A stretch of 64,000 nucleotides of DNA from contig JAZDCY010000011.1 of NCBI GenBank assembly GCA_036679645.1, positions 64,001-128,000 on the forward strand, in the 5' to 3' direction. The position numbers and the translations under genes were made by a program. Source of the DNA: Gemmatimonadota bacterium (lineage in GTDB: Bacteria > Gemmatimonadota > Gemmatimonadetes > Gemmatimonadales > GWC2-71-9). The notes under the pieces were generated by a model that was not told the origin of the DNA, made no database searches, and worked only from the letters and a program-made list of their open reading frames with translations. Below, in pieces: positions 31,245-39,991 of the stretch (the first letter of the stretch is position 1; each line of letters starts with the position of its first letter).

Positions 31245-32285
31245 TCAGCCGGCCGGTGTGGTAGACAGCAAGCTCGCCGCGGCCCGCCTGCCCGATACGA
31301 TGGCGCCGTCGATTCCTGGTTCATGGAAGGCCGCTCCGGCAAACTCGACGGGGCCCAGCGAGCTGAGCGCGTTGCGCGCGGCAGCGATGTGGTCTTGCGA
31401 TCCGTGCGGGGAATCGGGGAAGATCTCGGGCCAACGGGTCACCCAGGCCAGGATGGGTGCGGCCCGGATTCCCAGGGTCGGTTCCAGCAGGGCCGCTGCC
31501 TTCGCTTCCCACTCGGCGTCGGTGGTACTCGCAAGCTCGCCGCGCGCCGGGCGGATCACGGAGCGGAGCAGTACCGTCCCGAGCGGTGCGCGTGCGGGAA
31601 AATGTGAACTGGTGAAGGTGCACGACTGCAAGCCGGCGCCGGAGCGTCCCAGTGGGACGGTGAACCCCGACGCGTCCAAGGGATGTGCTACGTCGTCGCG
31701 GCGGAATGCGAGCGACACGACGACCACGGACCGCGCCGAGAGTCGGGTGAGATGACGCGCCGCCTCCGGGTGGACCGGGTGCACGAGCCAGGCGGCGGCC
31801 TTGGGAGGGAATACCCGCCAGCCCGAATCGTGCGCCAGCGCCACCGCGCCGTTCCCACTGCGCAGATCGACACGGTCGCCCAGGGCGTCGGCCGCGGCGT
31901 GGACGAGTGCCTCCATGCCACACGCCAGCGTGTTTGGCACAGTATCGTGCGACGCGTCCGGGTGCGGGACGCCGAGGAGCGCAGCGGAGCCGCCCGCGGT
32001 GAGCCGGTCGAGCGAACCGTTCTGCAGGACGAGGGTTGGGTGATCGGGCGGGGTGTAGATCTCCTGGGCTATGCCGAGTGCTTTGGCCCAGTCCGCCCCC
32101 AGCTGACCGGTCACGCCGAACGTGTCCGCCCCTTCCTCGACCACGAACCCTTCTTCTTTTGTGGTCCGAACCTGGCCGCCCAACCGGTCGGCGGTCTCGA
32201 GCACCGTGGTCTCGGCGCCGCCCGCGAGCAACTCGGAGGCTGCGGACAGTCCCGCAAGGCCGCCGCCGATCACCGTCACACGCAA
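31245..32285 (-). CDS. FAD-dependent oxidoreductase, HemY/protoporphyrinogen-oxidase-like, short form
   Basis: VIGGGLAGLSAA, RLGGQVRT, EEGADTF, FTSSHFPARAP; only 346 aa. Confidence 0.7.
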   Translation of the reverse strand: MRVTVIGGGLAGLSAASELLAGGAETTVLETADRLGGQVRTTKEEGFVVEEGADTFGVTGQLGADWAKALGIAQEIYTPPDHPTLVLQNGSLDRLTAGGSAALLGVPHPDASHDTVPNTLACGMEALVHAAADALGDRVDLRSGNGAVALAHDSGWRVFPPKAAAWLVHPVHPEAARHLTRLSARSVVVVSLAFRRDDVAHPLDASGFTVPLGRSGAGLQSCTFTSSHFPARAPLGTVLLRSVIRPARGELASTTDAEWEAKAAALLEPTLGIRAAPILAWVTRWPEIFPDSPHGSQDHIAAARNALSSLGPVEFAGAAFHEPGIDGAIVSGRRAAASLLSTTPAG

Positions 32286-32454
32286 GGTTTGCTGCTCCGC
32301 CGTTGCGCCGATCTGGGTCGTCTCATAAGTAGGAATAGAACCAACGCTCCCGCCCGCCGCGAGTCACAACAGGAGACCCATGACCCGCACGTATACCAAC
32401 CCGGGCCGCATAGTGCGATTCGCGTTGGTTCCAGGGGGTGAGCGGGGGTTGAGA

Positions 32455-32531
32455 CGTGCAGCGTGCAGGGCGCAGCGTGCAGCGTAGCTTCGGCTTGTTG
32501 GGGACCCCCGCTGCACGCTAGACGCTGCACG
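32455..32531. repeat. Heptamer (CGTGCAG) tandem repeats with an inverted partner array
   Basis: About 4 CGTGCAG units at 32455-32482 and CGCTGCACGCTAGACGCTGCACG at 32509-32531. Confidence 0.6.
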
Positions 32532-32598
32532 ATGGGCGGGGTAGCGGCGGGAGGGCCCTCCCTCTCCGCCCCCTGTCTCGCTAATTTACGCCGCCTTG

Positions 32599-32671
<73 letters not shown>

Positions 32672-32936
32672 CTCTCTGAGCGCCGTTGTGACGGGGTTTT
32701 CGCGTTCCCTGCCCGCTGGACCAGATGTCGCGTGCGCCAATGCAGCCGGGTCCGCGACTCACGTCGCATGCCCGTTTCTTCCCACCTTCGCGGAGTGGGT
32801 CATGGCCTGTCCTTCCGCGTCAACCCCGGGTATGCTTCATAGCAGCACCAAACTTAGCGGGGACCTCTTTGCCCTCCGGCCAGCTCTGGCCGGAACGACG
32901 CCGGCGCCTCCTCTGAGCCACACTCTGAGGAGGGCC

Positions 32937-34136
32937 GTGTCCAGCATCCCGCTCTCGCGGCCGTATTACGCGTCTTTCGCCCATCGCCACCCAACCGCCA
33001 CCCAGGAATCAGCGCTCTCGGTACTGCCGCGAAGCGACAGTGAACGGGGACCGATCGCGACCGCCATCGTCTATTGCGAAGCGAACTTCGGCGCCCTCGA
33101 CGGGAAGACCGCCAACGGGCTCGTACGACATTCCGAGCTGTACGAGATCCTGTCGGTGATCGACAGCGAGAAAGCCGGGCTCGATGCGGGCACCGTGCTG
33201 GACGACGAGCCAAATGCCATCCCCATCCATCGCGACCTCGCCGAAGCCCTGGCCCACGTCGACGGGACACCCGACTACTTCATCTTCGGAATGGCACCGG
33301 CGAGTGGCATGTTATCGACCCACGAGCGCGGACTCGTACTCGAGGCCATGGCGCTCGGAATGAACATCGTGAACGGTCTGCATGAGTTCCTGAACGACGA
33401 CCCGGAGTTCGCGGCGGCAAGCGTCGCGTGCAACGTGCAGGTCTTCGACATCCGGAGGCCTCGCGCCAAGAAGGACCTGCGGATGTTCAGCGACCGCATC
33501 ACCGAGGTGACCTGCCCCCGCATCGCCGTGCTCGGTACCGACTGCGCTATCGGCAAGCGGACGACCGCGAACATCCTCACCCTCGCCCTCAACGAAAGCG
33601 GCGTGAAAGCGGTCCTGGTCGGAACCGGACAAACCGGGCTGATCCAGGGCGCGCGTTACGGCGTGGCACTCGATGCGGTCCCGTCGCAGTTCTGCTCGGG
33701 TGAGATGGAAGCCACCATCGTCGAAGCGTTCGAGGGCGAGAACCCCGACGTGATCGTCATCGAAGGGCAAGGCGCGTTGAGTCACCCGGCCTTCTCGACC
33801 TCGAGCCTCATCATCCGGGGTAGTCGCCCGCACGGCGTCATTCTGCAGCACGCGCCGGGGCGTGCCCATCGCTGCGACTTCCCGCAGATGGGGATGCCGA
33901 CGCCGGACACTGAGATCCATCTCATCGAGACCTTCGCCGAAACGAAGGTCATCGGTCTCACGCTCAACCACGAGAACATGACCGAGGCCGAGGTGACCGC
34001 GGCCATCGTTCGGTACGAGTACGAACTCGGCATCCCCACAACGGACGCGCTGACCCGGTCACCCGACCGCCTCGTGGATATGGTCGTGTCGATGTTCCCC
34101 GAGCTCGAGGAGAAACTGACCGCCGGCGCACGATGA
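32937..34136 (+). CDS. DUF1611 domain protein (DgcN-like N-acetyltransferase family); start uncertain
   Basis: GKTANGL, NGLHEFL, GTDCAIGKRTT, GTGQTG, IEGQGALSHP. Confidence 0.85.
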   Translation: MSSIPLSRPYYASFAHRHPTATQESALSVLPRSDSERGPIATAIVYCEANFGALDGKTANGLVRHSELYEILSVIDSEKAGLDAGTVLDDEPNAIPIHRDLAEALAHVDGTPDYFIFGMAPASGMLSTHERGLVLEAMALGMNIVNGLHEFLNDDPEFAAASVACNVQVFDIRRPRAKKDLRMFSDRITEVTCPRIAVLGTDCAIGKRTTANILTLALNESGVKAVLVGTGQTGLIQGARYGVALDAVPSQFCSGEMEATIVEAFEGENPDVIVIEGQGALSHPAFSTSSLIIRGSRPHGVILQHAPGRAHRCDFPQMGMPTPDTEIHLIETFAETKVIGLTLNHENMTEAEVTAAIVRYEYELGIPTTDALTRSPDRLVDMVVSMFPELEEKLTAGAR

Positions 34137-35218
34137 CCGCACCGCGACTCGAGATTTTCCTCGATAGGATCCACCACAACGCCTGCACGCTGATCGAACG
34201 GCTTGGGGCACGCGGCATCTCGGTCACGGGCGTCACGAAGGCGACCCTGGGCTCACCCGAGATCGCCAGCGTCTTGCTCCGGGCGGGGGTCAACGCGCTC
34301 GGCGACTCGCGCATCGAGAACATCGAGGCCATGCGCGGCGCGGGCGTCCCGGGACCAATGATCCTGATTCGCTCACCAATGCTCAGTCAAGCCGACAAGG
34401 TCGTCACCCACGCCGACGTGAGCTTCAACACGGAACCCGCCGTCATCCGCGCGCTCTCGTCCGCCGCGCAGGCGGCGGGGCGCACGCACGGCATCGTGCT
34501 CATGGTCGAGTTGGGAGACCTCCGCGAAGGGATCATGTCCGGTGACCTCGAGCACGTCGTGCGCGAGACGCTTCACCTCCCGAACATTGCGCTCGAGGGG
34601 ATCGGGACCAACCTCGCGTGCCACAGCGGCGTGGTGCCCGACAGCAGGAACATGGCGGAGCTGTCGGGGGTCGTCGATGCGATGGAGACGATCTTCGGTA
34701 TCACGATCGGCATCGTCTCCGGGGGGGGCTCCGCCAACCTCTCGTGGGCGCTCAGCGGCGCCGACACGGGGCGGATCAACGATCTCCGCCTGGGCGAATC
34801 GATTCTGCTCGGTTGCGACCCGCTCGACCGCGAACCGATCGAGGGACTGCACACCGATGCCATCATGCTCGTCGCCGAAGTGATCGAGTCGAAGGTCAAG
34901 CCGTCACGGCCGTGGGGCGACATCGCGCAAACCGCGTTTGGCGAACAGCCACGCGCCGCGGATCGCGGGTCCATCTCGCGGTCGATCCTCGCTGTTGGGC
35001 GCCAAGACACCGACGCTTCGGGCCTCAGGGCCCCTCCCGGCATCGAGATCCTCGGGACCAGCAGCGACCACCTCATCGTGGATACCGGCCGCCATCGCCT
35101 ATCGGTCGGCGCCGAGATGACGTTTCAGCTCAACTACAGCGCGCTGGTCCGCGCGATGACCTCGCCCTTCGTCGCGAAGATGGTTCTGAAGGCCGAGACC
35201 AGCCAGGTGCTGGTGTAG
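34133..35218 (+). CDS. Alanine/ornithine racemase-family PLP-dependent enzyme
   Basis: GVTK (PLP lysine), DSRIENI, MVELGDLREG, SGGGS, LRLGESILLG, SSDH; ATGA-coupled to DUF1611. Confidence 0.9.
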   Translation: MTAPRLEIFLDRIHHNACTLIERLGARGISVTGVTKATLGSPEIASVLLRAGVNALGDSRIENIEAMRGAGVPGPMILIRSPMLSQADKVVTHADVSFNTEPAVIRALSSAAQAAGRTHGIVLMVELGDLREGIMSGDLEHVVRETLHLPNIALEGIGTNLACHSGVVPDSRNMAELSGVVDAMETIFGITIGIVSGGGSANLSWALSGADTGRINDLRLGESILLGCDPLDREPIEGLHTDAIMLVAEVIESKVKPSRPWGDIAQTAFGEQPRAADRGSISRSILAVGRQDTDASGLRAPPGIEILGTSSDHLIVDTGRHRLSVGAEMTFQLNYSALVRAMTSPFVAKMVLKAETSQVLV

Positions 35219-35247
35219 GGCGCCCAACCCCGCGAATCCGTCATCCA

Positions 35248-35376
35248 TGGCCGCTACCTCAGGCACTACCAACATCTTTCAGCGCCCACCAGGTCCGCGG
35301 CCTCGTTATCTGGGGAAGCAACTTCGACGAACTGGATGTCCCTCACATCGTGAGGTTCAGAGCCAGTGAGCGATGA
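35248..35376 (+). pseudogene. C-terminal remnant of a 6-bladed beta-propeller-type protein
   Basis: ...VRGLVIWGSNFDELDVPHIVRFR* resembles the typical C-terminus of such proteins; no start or N-terminus. Confidence 0.4.
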
Positions 35377-35390
35377 GCCCATGAGCTGCG

Positions 35391-35428
35391 GACTGTCCCG
35401 CAATTGTCCCGGTACGGAGCGTCACTGA
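35391..35428 (+). repeat. 38-bp direct repeat, copy 1 (copy 2 at 42231-42268)
   Basis: GACTGTCCCGCAATTGTCCCGGTACGGAGCGTCACTGA; 36/38 identical to copy 2. Confidence 0.9.
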
Positions 35429-35673
35429 ACGCCTGTCCAGGTGGGACCCTTGGCAAGTTGCTGGCATCCGTCGCTCATGTGTGTGAAATGTGTGTGAATG
35501 GGGATCACCCAGGGGTACTCTAGACGCGACGAGGCACTAGAACGGGCCTGTTTCTAGGTCGAGAGTGACCTAGCGTGTACTGGAGTTCAAGGCTTTACGT
35601 GGCCTACTGCCTCAATGATCCGCTGGGGATGGTCAACTCGCCCGGTGGCCTTTCGGCGTGGCTGGCGGAGGTA

Positions 35674-35829
35674 CTACAGGACTCCACGGATCTTCTTGAG
35701 ATGTGACCGGACGAAGGGCTCGCTCACCTCGAACTGCTCGCCAAGGGCGTAAGTGTCGGAGAGCGAGGACTTCCGGAGGATGGGGCGCGGCAAGAGCAGC
35801 CCACCCGCAAAGACGAACGCTTGCCACTC
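35674..35829 (-). pseudogene. ImmA/IrrE (DUF955) metallopeptidase C-terminal remnant
   Basis: EWQAFVFAGGLLLP...ALGEQFEVS motif; HExxH N-terminal half absent. Confidence 0.55.
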
Positions 35830-36017
35830 TACGCTGACCGCTCCACCGCCAGGGGGTCAATAGGCCGGTCGCACATCCGGCACTGGGCAACGCCCGCATA
35901 GACACGATCGCGAACGGGTTTCAGGCACTTGCACGTCCGACGCGGGTCAGGCCGCCGCGCTTCACGCATTAGCCGATCGACCTGGTTGAGTATCTTCTCG
36001 CTGGTGATTGGTTTCAT
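35829..36017 (-). CDS. Small Cys-rich hypothetical protein (CxC...CxxC)
   Basis: 62 aa MKPITSEKILNQVDRLMREARR...CKC...CRMC; AGGTG RBS-like. Confidence 0.45.
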   Translation of the reverse strand: MKPITSEKILNQVDRLMREARRPDPRRTCKCLKPVRDRVYAGVAQCRMCDRPIDPLAVERSA

Positions 36018-36105
36018 CCCCAACACCTAATCTAGGGGCTGTGCGGCGGAGGCACGGCACATCAACTGACCGACGGGACACCGTCGTGTCAGCGCGAGGG
36101 TGGGG

Positions 36106-36270
36106 GAGCACCGCCGCGAGTTCGGGGCGCAGCACCTTGACTGCCACCTTGCGCTTGTGCTTCAGGTCTTCGGCGAGATAGACGATCGCCATCCCGCCCG
36201 AACCGAGTTCACGCTCGATGGTGTAGCGGTCGGCGAGGGCGGTGGTGAGGCGATCAATGTCGTTGCTCAT
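36106..36270 (-). pseudogene. Ser/Thr kinase 5' stub (55 codons, MSNDIDRL type)
   Basis: MSNDIDRLTTALADRYTIERELGSGGMAIVYLAEDLKHKRKVAVKVLRPELAAVL, then similarity ends abruptly. Confidence 0.85.
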
Positions 36271-36312
36271 ACAATCGACGATTTGCGATTTGCGATCGAA
36301 CGGCTCATTACC

Positions 36313-36367
36313 TCCCACACGTCGCTTTAGCGACATCAGCCGCGCCGCGACTTTAGTCGCGACGACC
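36313..36367. repeat. Tandem-hairpin element, copy 1
   Basis: CCACAC-GTCGCTTTAGCGAC-ATCAGCCGCGC-CGCGACTTTAGTCGCG-ACGACC. Confidence 0.92.
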
Positions 36368-36425
36368 CCGTGGCAGTATCTCCATACTGGTTCCCCACCT
36401 TAACTACTAGCACTCCGGCGCCGGC

Positions 36426-39152
36426 TCAGGGCGCCGCCATCCGCCGCTTCAGTTCCTCGACAAAATTGAAGACCACGACGACGTGTACAGCGGCGTCACT
36501 CTCCCCGCGGATCATCACGAACTCTTGGCCGTCCGGGGTGATGTCGTATTCACGGGAAAACGGGTTCGAGGCGTATTGTGCGGCCGGGAAGAGCACACGT
36601 GGTGCGCCGGTCTGAAACGTCGTTCCGGCAGTGACCGGCACGGAGATCAGGTTGCTGGCGGCATCGAGGTAGAACAGCTCGCGCCCGTTGTGGCTCCAAG
36701 CCGGATTGATCCCCCCCGTAGTGGAGATTTGGTACTGCGCGCTGCCGGCGTCGGGGAATGGGCGAACGTACACTTCCCGCCGCCCCGACTCATTCGAACT
36801 GTATGCAATCCACCGCCCATCGAAAGACACCGCCGGCGAGAGCTCTTCGGCGGGCGTGGCGACGACTGCACGTGGCACGGTGTCCACTCCGGGCCTGATC
36901 GCCAGGATGTCCGCGTTGCCGGCCTCCTGATCGTCGGTCCGGAACACCATCCACGTCCCGTCCGGCGACCACGTGAGGCCACCGAGGCCGCGGTCATCGT
37001 AGAACTCGGTTTTGCTGAGGCTGCCCGACCCATCGGCCCTCACTTCGAACAGGTTCGAGCCCAGCGCGGCAGGGGTTTCTTCCCGATTGGAAAGGAACGT
37101 GATGGTGCCTGTACCGGGCCGCCAACTGGGGCGGTAGTTGGTACTCCCGTCGAACGTCAACCGCGACTTGGGGCTGCCGTCGAGCGATTCCACCCACAAA
37201 TGACTCCGGCCATCGACGCCGGCCATGCTGACCACGAGGTGCAGCCCGTCCGGCGAGAGCGTTGGCTGCTGCACCGTGAAGTCGCGGAGATCCGCCGCGA
37301 CGCGACGCGACTCCCCGTTCCGGTCCACCCACACGGCCTGAAATGACTGCACCACGCCCTTGGCGTAGGCGAGCGTGCCGTCAGGCGAGAGCGAAAAGTC
37401 CGCCGTTCCCCCCGCCGTCACCGCCACGGTGTCCGACAACTCCACCTCCCGACCGGACAGGCGCAGGGAACCTGCGTCGAATGGCGCCGCCCATAGCACC
37501 CCGTTCGCCTTCGCGAAGACGAGGTACCCGGCCGACGAATACTGGGCGCGTATTCCCTGTAACAGGATCTCGATCTTTCCGGTGCTCAAATCCACGACGC
37601 CGATCGATGCGCGCTCGGGATCGGTCGCGTTGCGGGCAGGAATCACCGTGAGAACCGCCGCACGCGCGCCGGGAAGCACCTCGGGCCACAGGTACCGGAG
37701 ATCGTCTCGCTCCGCGTCGAGCGTGGCGACCGTCTCCAGCGCCCCTCCACGTGGCGAGACACGGACGAGACCGGCGATCCCACTGACGTAAATCCAGCCA
37801 TCCGTTCCCCAATCCAGTCCGCCTCCGTCGTCCGTCACGGACGTGAGGCCGGAGTCGGCGACAATGGCGGACAGCCCGCCGCCGAGCGGCACTACGTGCA
37901 GCGTATGGGGCCCGGTGAGGTACGCGACCGAATCGCCACTGGGCGAAAACGCCGCGCAACAGCCTTCATCGAGCGACTGCGGTAGCCTGGTGGCCTGCAG
38001 TTGGTCCCATTGCCGAAGCCAGTATTGGGTCCTGGTGCCGACCCCCGGTCCGGAGTACAGCAGGCCGGCTCCGTCCGGCGCGAGGGTTAGGATAGGGCCG
38101 GGACCCGCCGTGTACCGCGGCCGCTGGTTGGCGAGCATATCCAGCATGAGTCGCATCGTTGGAGGCGGTGTGGTGTGTTCTCGCCAGGCCAGTTTCGTCG
38201 TCACGACGCCCAGGATGAGTGCCGCAACTGCGACAATGGCCACGGCGCGCAGCCCGAGTGCACGTAATGGCTGAATCGCGCCTCTTGCCTGGCTGACGGC
38301 GCGGGTGTCCGATGCGTATGACGGATTCGCAAGCGCGTCCGCAAAGGCTTTGGCACTCGCGAACCGATCCGCCGGTAGTTTCTCCAGCGCTTTCGCCACT
38401 GCTGCCGCCACGTGCGGCGACACCGATTTCCGCACCTTCGTGACGGGCTGTGCCTCCTCGGTTACGATCTTCATGATGATCTGCTGGGCCGACGAGCCCA
38501 CGTGCGGCGGGCTTCCCGCCAGCATCTCGTAGAGCACGCTACCCAGCGAATAGATGTCGGAGCGATTCGTGAGGTCCTTCTCCGCGGTCGCCTGCTCGGG
38601 ACTCATGTAGTGCGGCGTGCCGAGCGAGAGGCCCGTCTCGGTCATGCGTCCACCCGCTGCCGCGCTCACCGCCAACGCAATGCCGAAGTCCGCCACCATC
38701 GGACGGCCATCGTGGAGCAGGATATTCTCGGGCTTGATGTCCCGATGGATAACGTTGTTGCGATGTGCGTAGTCGAGCGCGTCAGCGATGTCGGTTGTGA
38801 TCTTCACCGCCTCATCGATGGAGAGTTGCGTTTCGCGGTTCAGCTTGTCGCGCAGGGTCTCGCCCTCGATGTACGGCATGACGTAGTACAGGAAGCCGTC
38901 CGTCTCTCCGGAATCGAACAGCGGCAGGATGTGCGGATGTTGGAGATTGGCGGTGGTCGTGATCTCCTGCAGGAAGCGTTCGGCACCGAGCACGGCTGCG
39001 AGTTCAGGGCGCAGTACTTTGACCGCGACCATGCGCTTGTGTTTGAGGTCTTCGGCGAGATAGACGGTCGCCATGCCACCCGCACCGAGTTCGCGTTCGA
39101 TCCGGTAACGGTCGGCGAGAGCAGTGGAGAGGCGATCTACGTCGTTGCTCAT
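36426..39152 (-). CDS. Ser/Thr kinase - TM - TolB/PD40 beta-propeller receptor
   Basis: HRDIKPEN, DFG, GTPHYMSPEQ; one TM; repeated (F/W)SPDG blades. Confidence 0.95.
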   Translation of the reverse strand: MSNDVDRLSTALADRYRIERELGAGGMATVYLAEDLKHKRMVAVKVLRPELAAVLGAERFLQEITTTANLQHPHILPLFDSGETDGFLYYVMPYIEGETLRDKLNRETQLSIDEAVKITTDIADALDYAHRNNVIHRDIKPENILLHDGRPMVADFGIALAVSAAAGGRMTETGLSLGTPHYMSPEQATAEKDLTNRSDIYSLGSVLYEMLAGSPPHVGSSAQQIIMKIVTEEAQPVTKVRKSVSPHVAAAVAKALEKLPADRFASAKAFADALANPSYASDTRAVSQARGAIQPLRALGLRAVAIVAVAALILGVVTTKLAWREHTTPPPTMRLMLDMLANQRPRYTAGPGPILTLAPDGAGLLYSGPGVGTRTQYWLRQWDQLQATRLPQSLDEGCCAAFSPSGDSVAYLTGPHTLHVVPLGGGLSAIVADSGLTSVTDDGGGLDWGTDGWIYVSGIAGLVRVSPRGGALETVATLDAERDDLRYLWPEVLPGARAAVLTVIPARNATDPERASIGVVDLSTGKIEILLQGIRAQYSSAGYLVFAKANGVLWAAPFDAGSLRLSGREVELSDTVAVTAGGTADFSLSPDGTLAYAKGVVQSFQAVWVDRNGESRRVAADLRDFTVQQPTLSPDGLHLVVSMAGVDGRSHLWVESLDGSPKSRLTFDGSTNYRPSWRPGTGTITFLSNREETPAALGSNLFEVRADGSGSLSKTEFYDDRGLGGLTWSPDGTWMVFRTDDQEAGNADILAIRPGVDTVPRAVVATPAEELSPAVSFDGRWIAYSSNESGRREVYVRPFPDAGSAQYQISTTGGINPAWSHNGRELFYLDAASNLISVPVTAGTTFQTGAPRVLFPAAQYASNPFSREYDITPDGQEFVMIRGESDAAVHVVVVFNFVEELKRRMAAP

Positions 39153-39187
39153 ACGATCGACGGTTGGCGATCGAACGACTCGTTACA

Positions 39188-39242
39188 TCCCACACGTCGC
39201 TTTAGCGACATCAGCCGAGCCGCGACTTTAGTCGCGACGACC
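39188..39242. repeat. Tandem-hairpin element, copy 2
   Basis: One mismatch versus copy 1 over 55 bp. Confidence 0.92.
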
Positions 39243-39328
39243 GTAGCCATACCACCCGCACCGAGTTCACCTTCGATTCGGTAGCTGTCGGCCAGTGCTA
39301 CGGTAAGGCGGTTGAGGTCGTCGGCCAT
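39239..39328 (-). pseudogene. Ser/Thr kinase 5' stub (30 codons, MADDLNRL type) interrupted by the hairpin element
   Basis: MADDLNRLTVALADSYRIEGELGAGGMATV|. Confidence 0.85.
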
Positions 39329-39507
39329 CGCGTTGGTATTCCCTGCAGAGAGAGGGCCAAAGATGGGCCTCAGTGGACGGGGTGGCTAGCTGGTGATTGT
39401 CGCGGAGTTGCTCCGGTGGGGCGACACTGAGCGGCGATGCTCGGCGGCATGAAGCCGTCTGCCGACGATAAATCGGCCGCCGGATGACAACGTTGCCCGC
39501 GAGACTC

Positions 39508-39566
39508 TTGACACCGCCTCCGCACCGGTATATTACCATACTAGCACACCAGTACACTAATACACT
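39508..39566 (+). promoter_or_regulatory. sigma70 promoter and probable GntR/YtrA operator
   Basis: TTGACA-17 bp-TATTAC, followed by repeated TAGCACAC/CAGTACAC/TAATACAC. Confidence 0.6.
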
Positions 39567-39580
39567 CTGCGAGGAGGCGT

Positions 39581-39991
39581 GTGCTGATCACTATCGATGA
39601 AACAGATCCGCGGCCGATCTACCAGCAGATCGCGGATGAGGTTCGGCGCGGGCTGGTGGTCGGGACCCTGCGTGCCGAGGATGCGTTGCCGTCGGTGCGG
39701 CAGTTGGCGGCAGAGCTGCGGGTGAATCCGAACACAGTGCAGCAGGCATATCGCGAACTGGAGCGGGAGGGACTGGTGCACGTTCGGCGCGGGAAGGGGA
39801 CATACGTGGCGGAGATGCGTGATGGTGGTAGGGCGCGGGAGCGGAGCACGCTGGCGCGGTCGGTGGCGCAGCGGGCGTTGCGGGAGGCCCACCGGAACGG
39901 GCTGAGTGCGGAGGAGTTGGTCGAGGCGATTCGGCGCGCTGCGAGTGGCGGCGCGCCGGCGGCAACGAGCGCGGAAGGAGCAAACGCATGA
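39581..39991 (+). CDS. GntR-family regulator (YtrA subfamily)
   Basis: PIYQQI, LPSVRQLA..VNPNTVQQAYRELE..RGKGTYV. Confidence 0.93.
   Translation: MLITIDETDPRPIYQQIADEVRRGLVVGTLRAEDALPSVRQLAAELRVNPNTVQQAYRELEREGLVHVRRGKGTYVAEMRDGGRARERSTLARSVAQRALREAHRNGLSAEELVEAIRRAASGGAPAATSAEGANA

Noticed and set aside
32455..32531. Heptamer repeats as a mobile element end
   Set aside because: Single occurrence in the window and no nearby transposase; kept only as a simple repeat.
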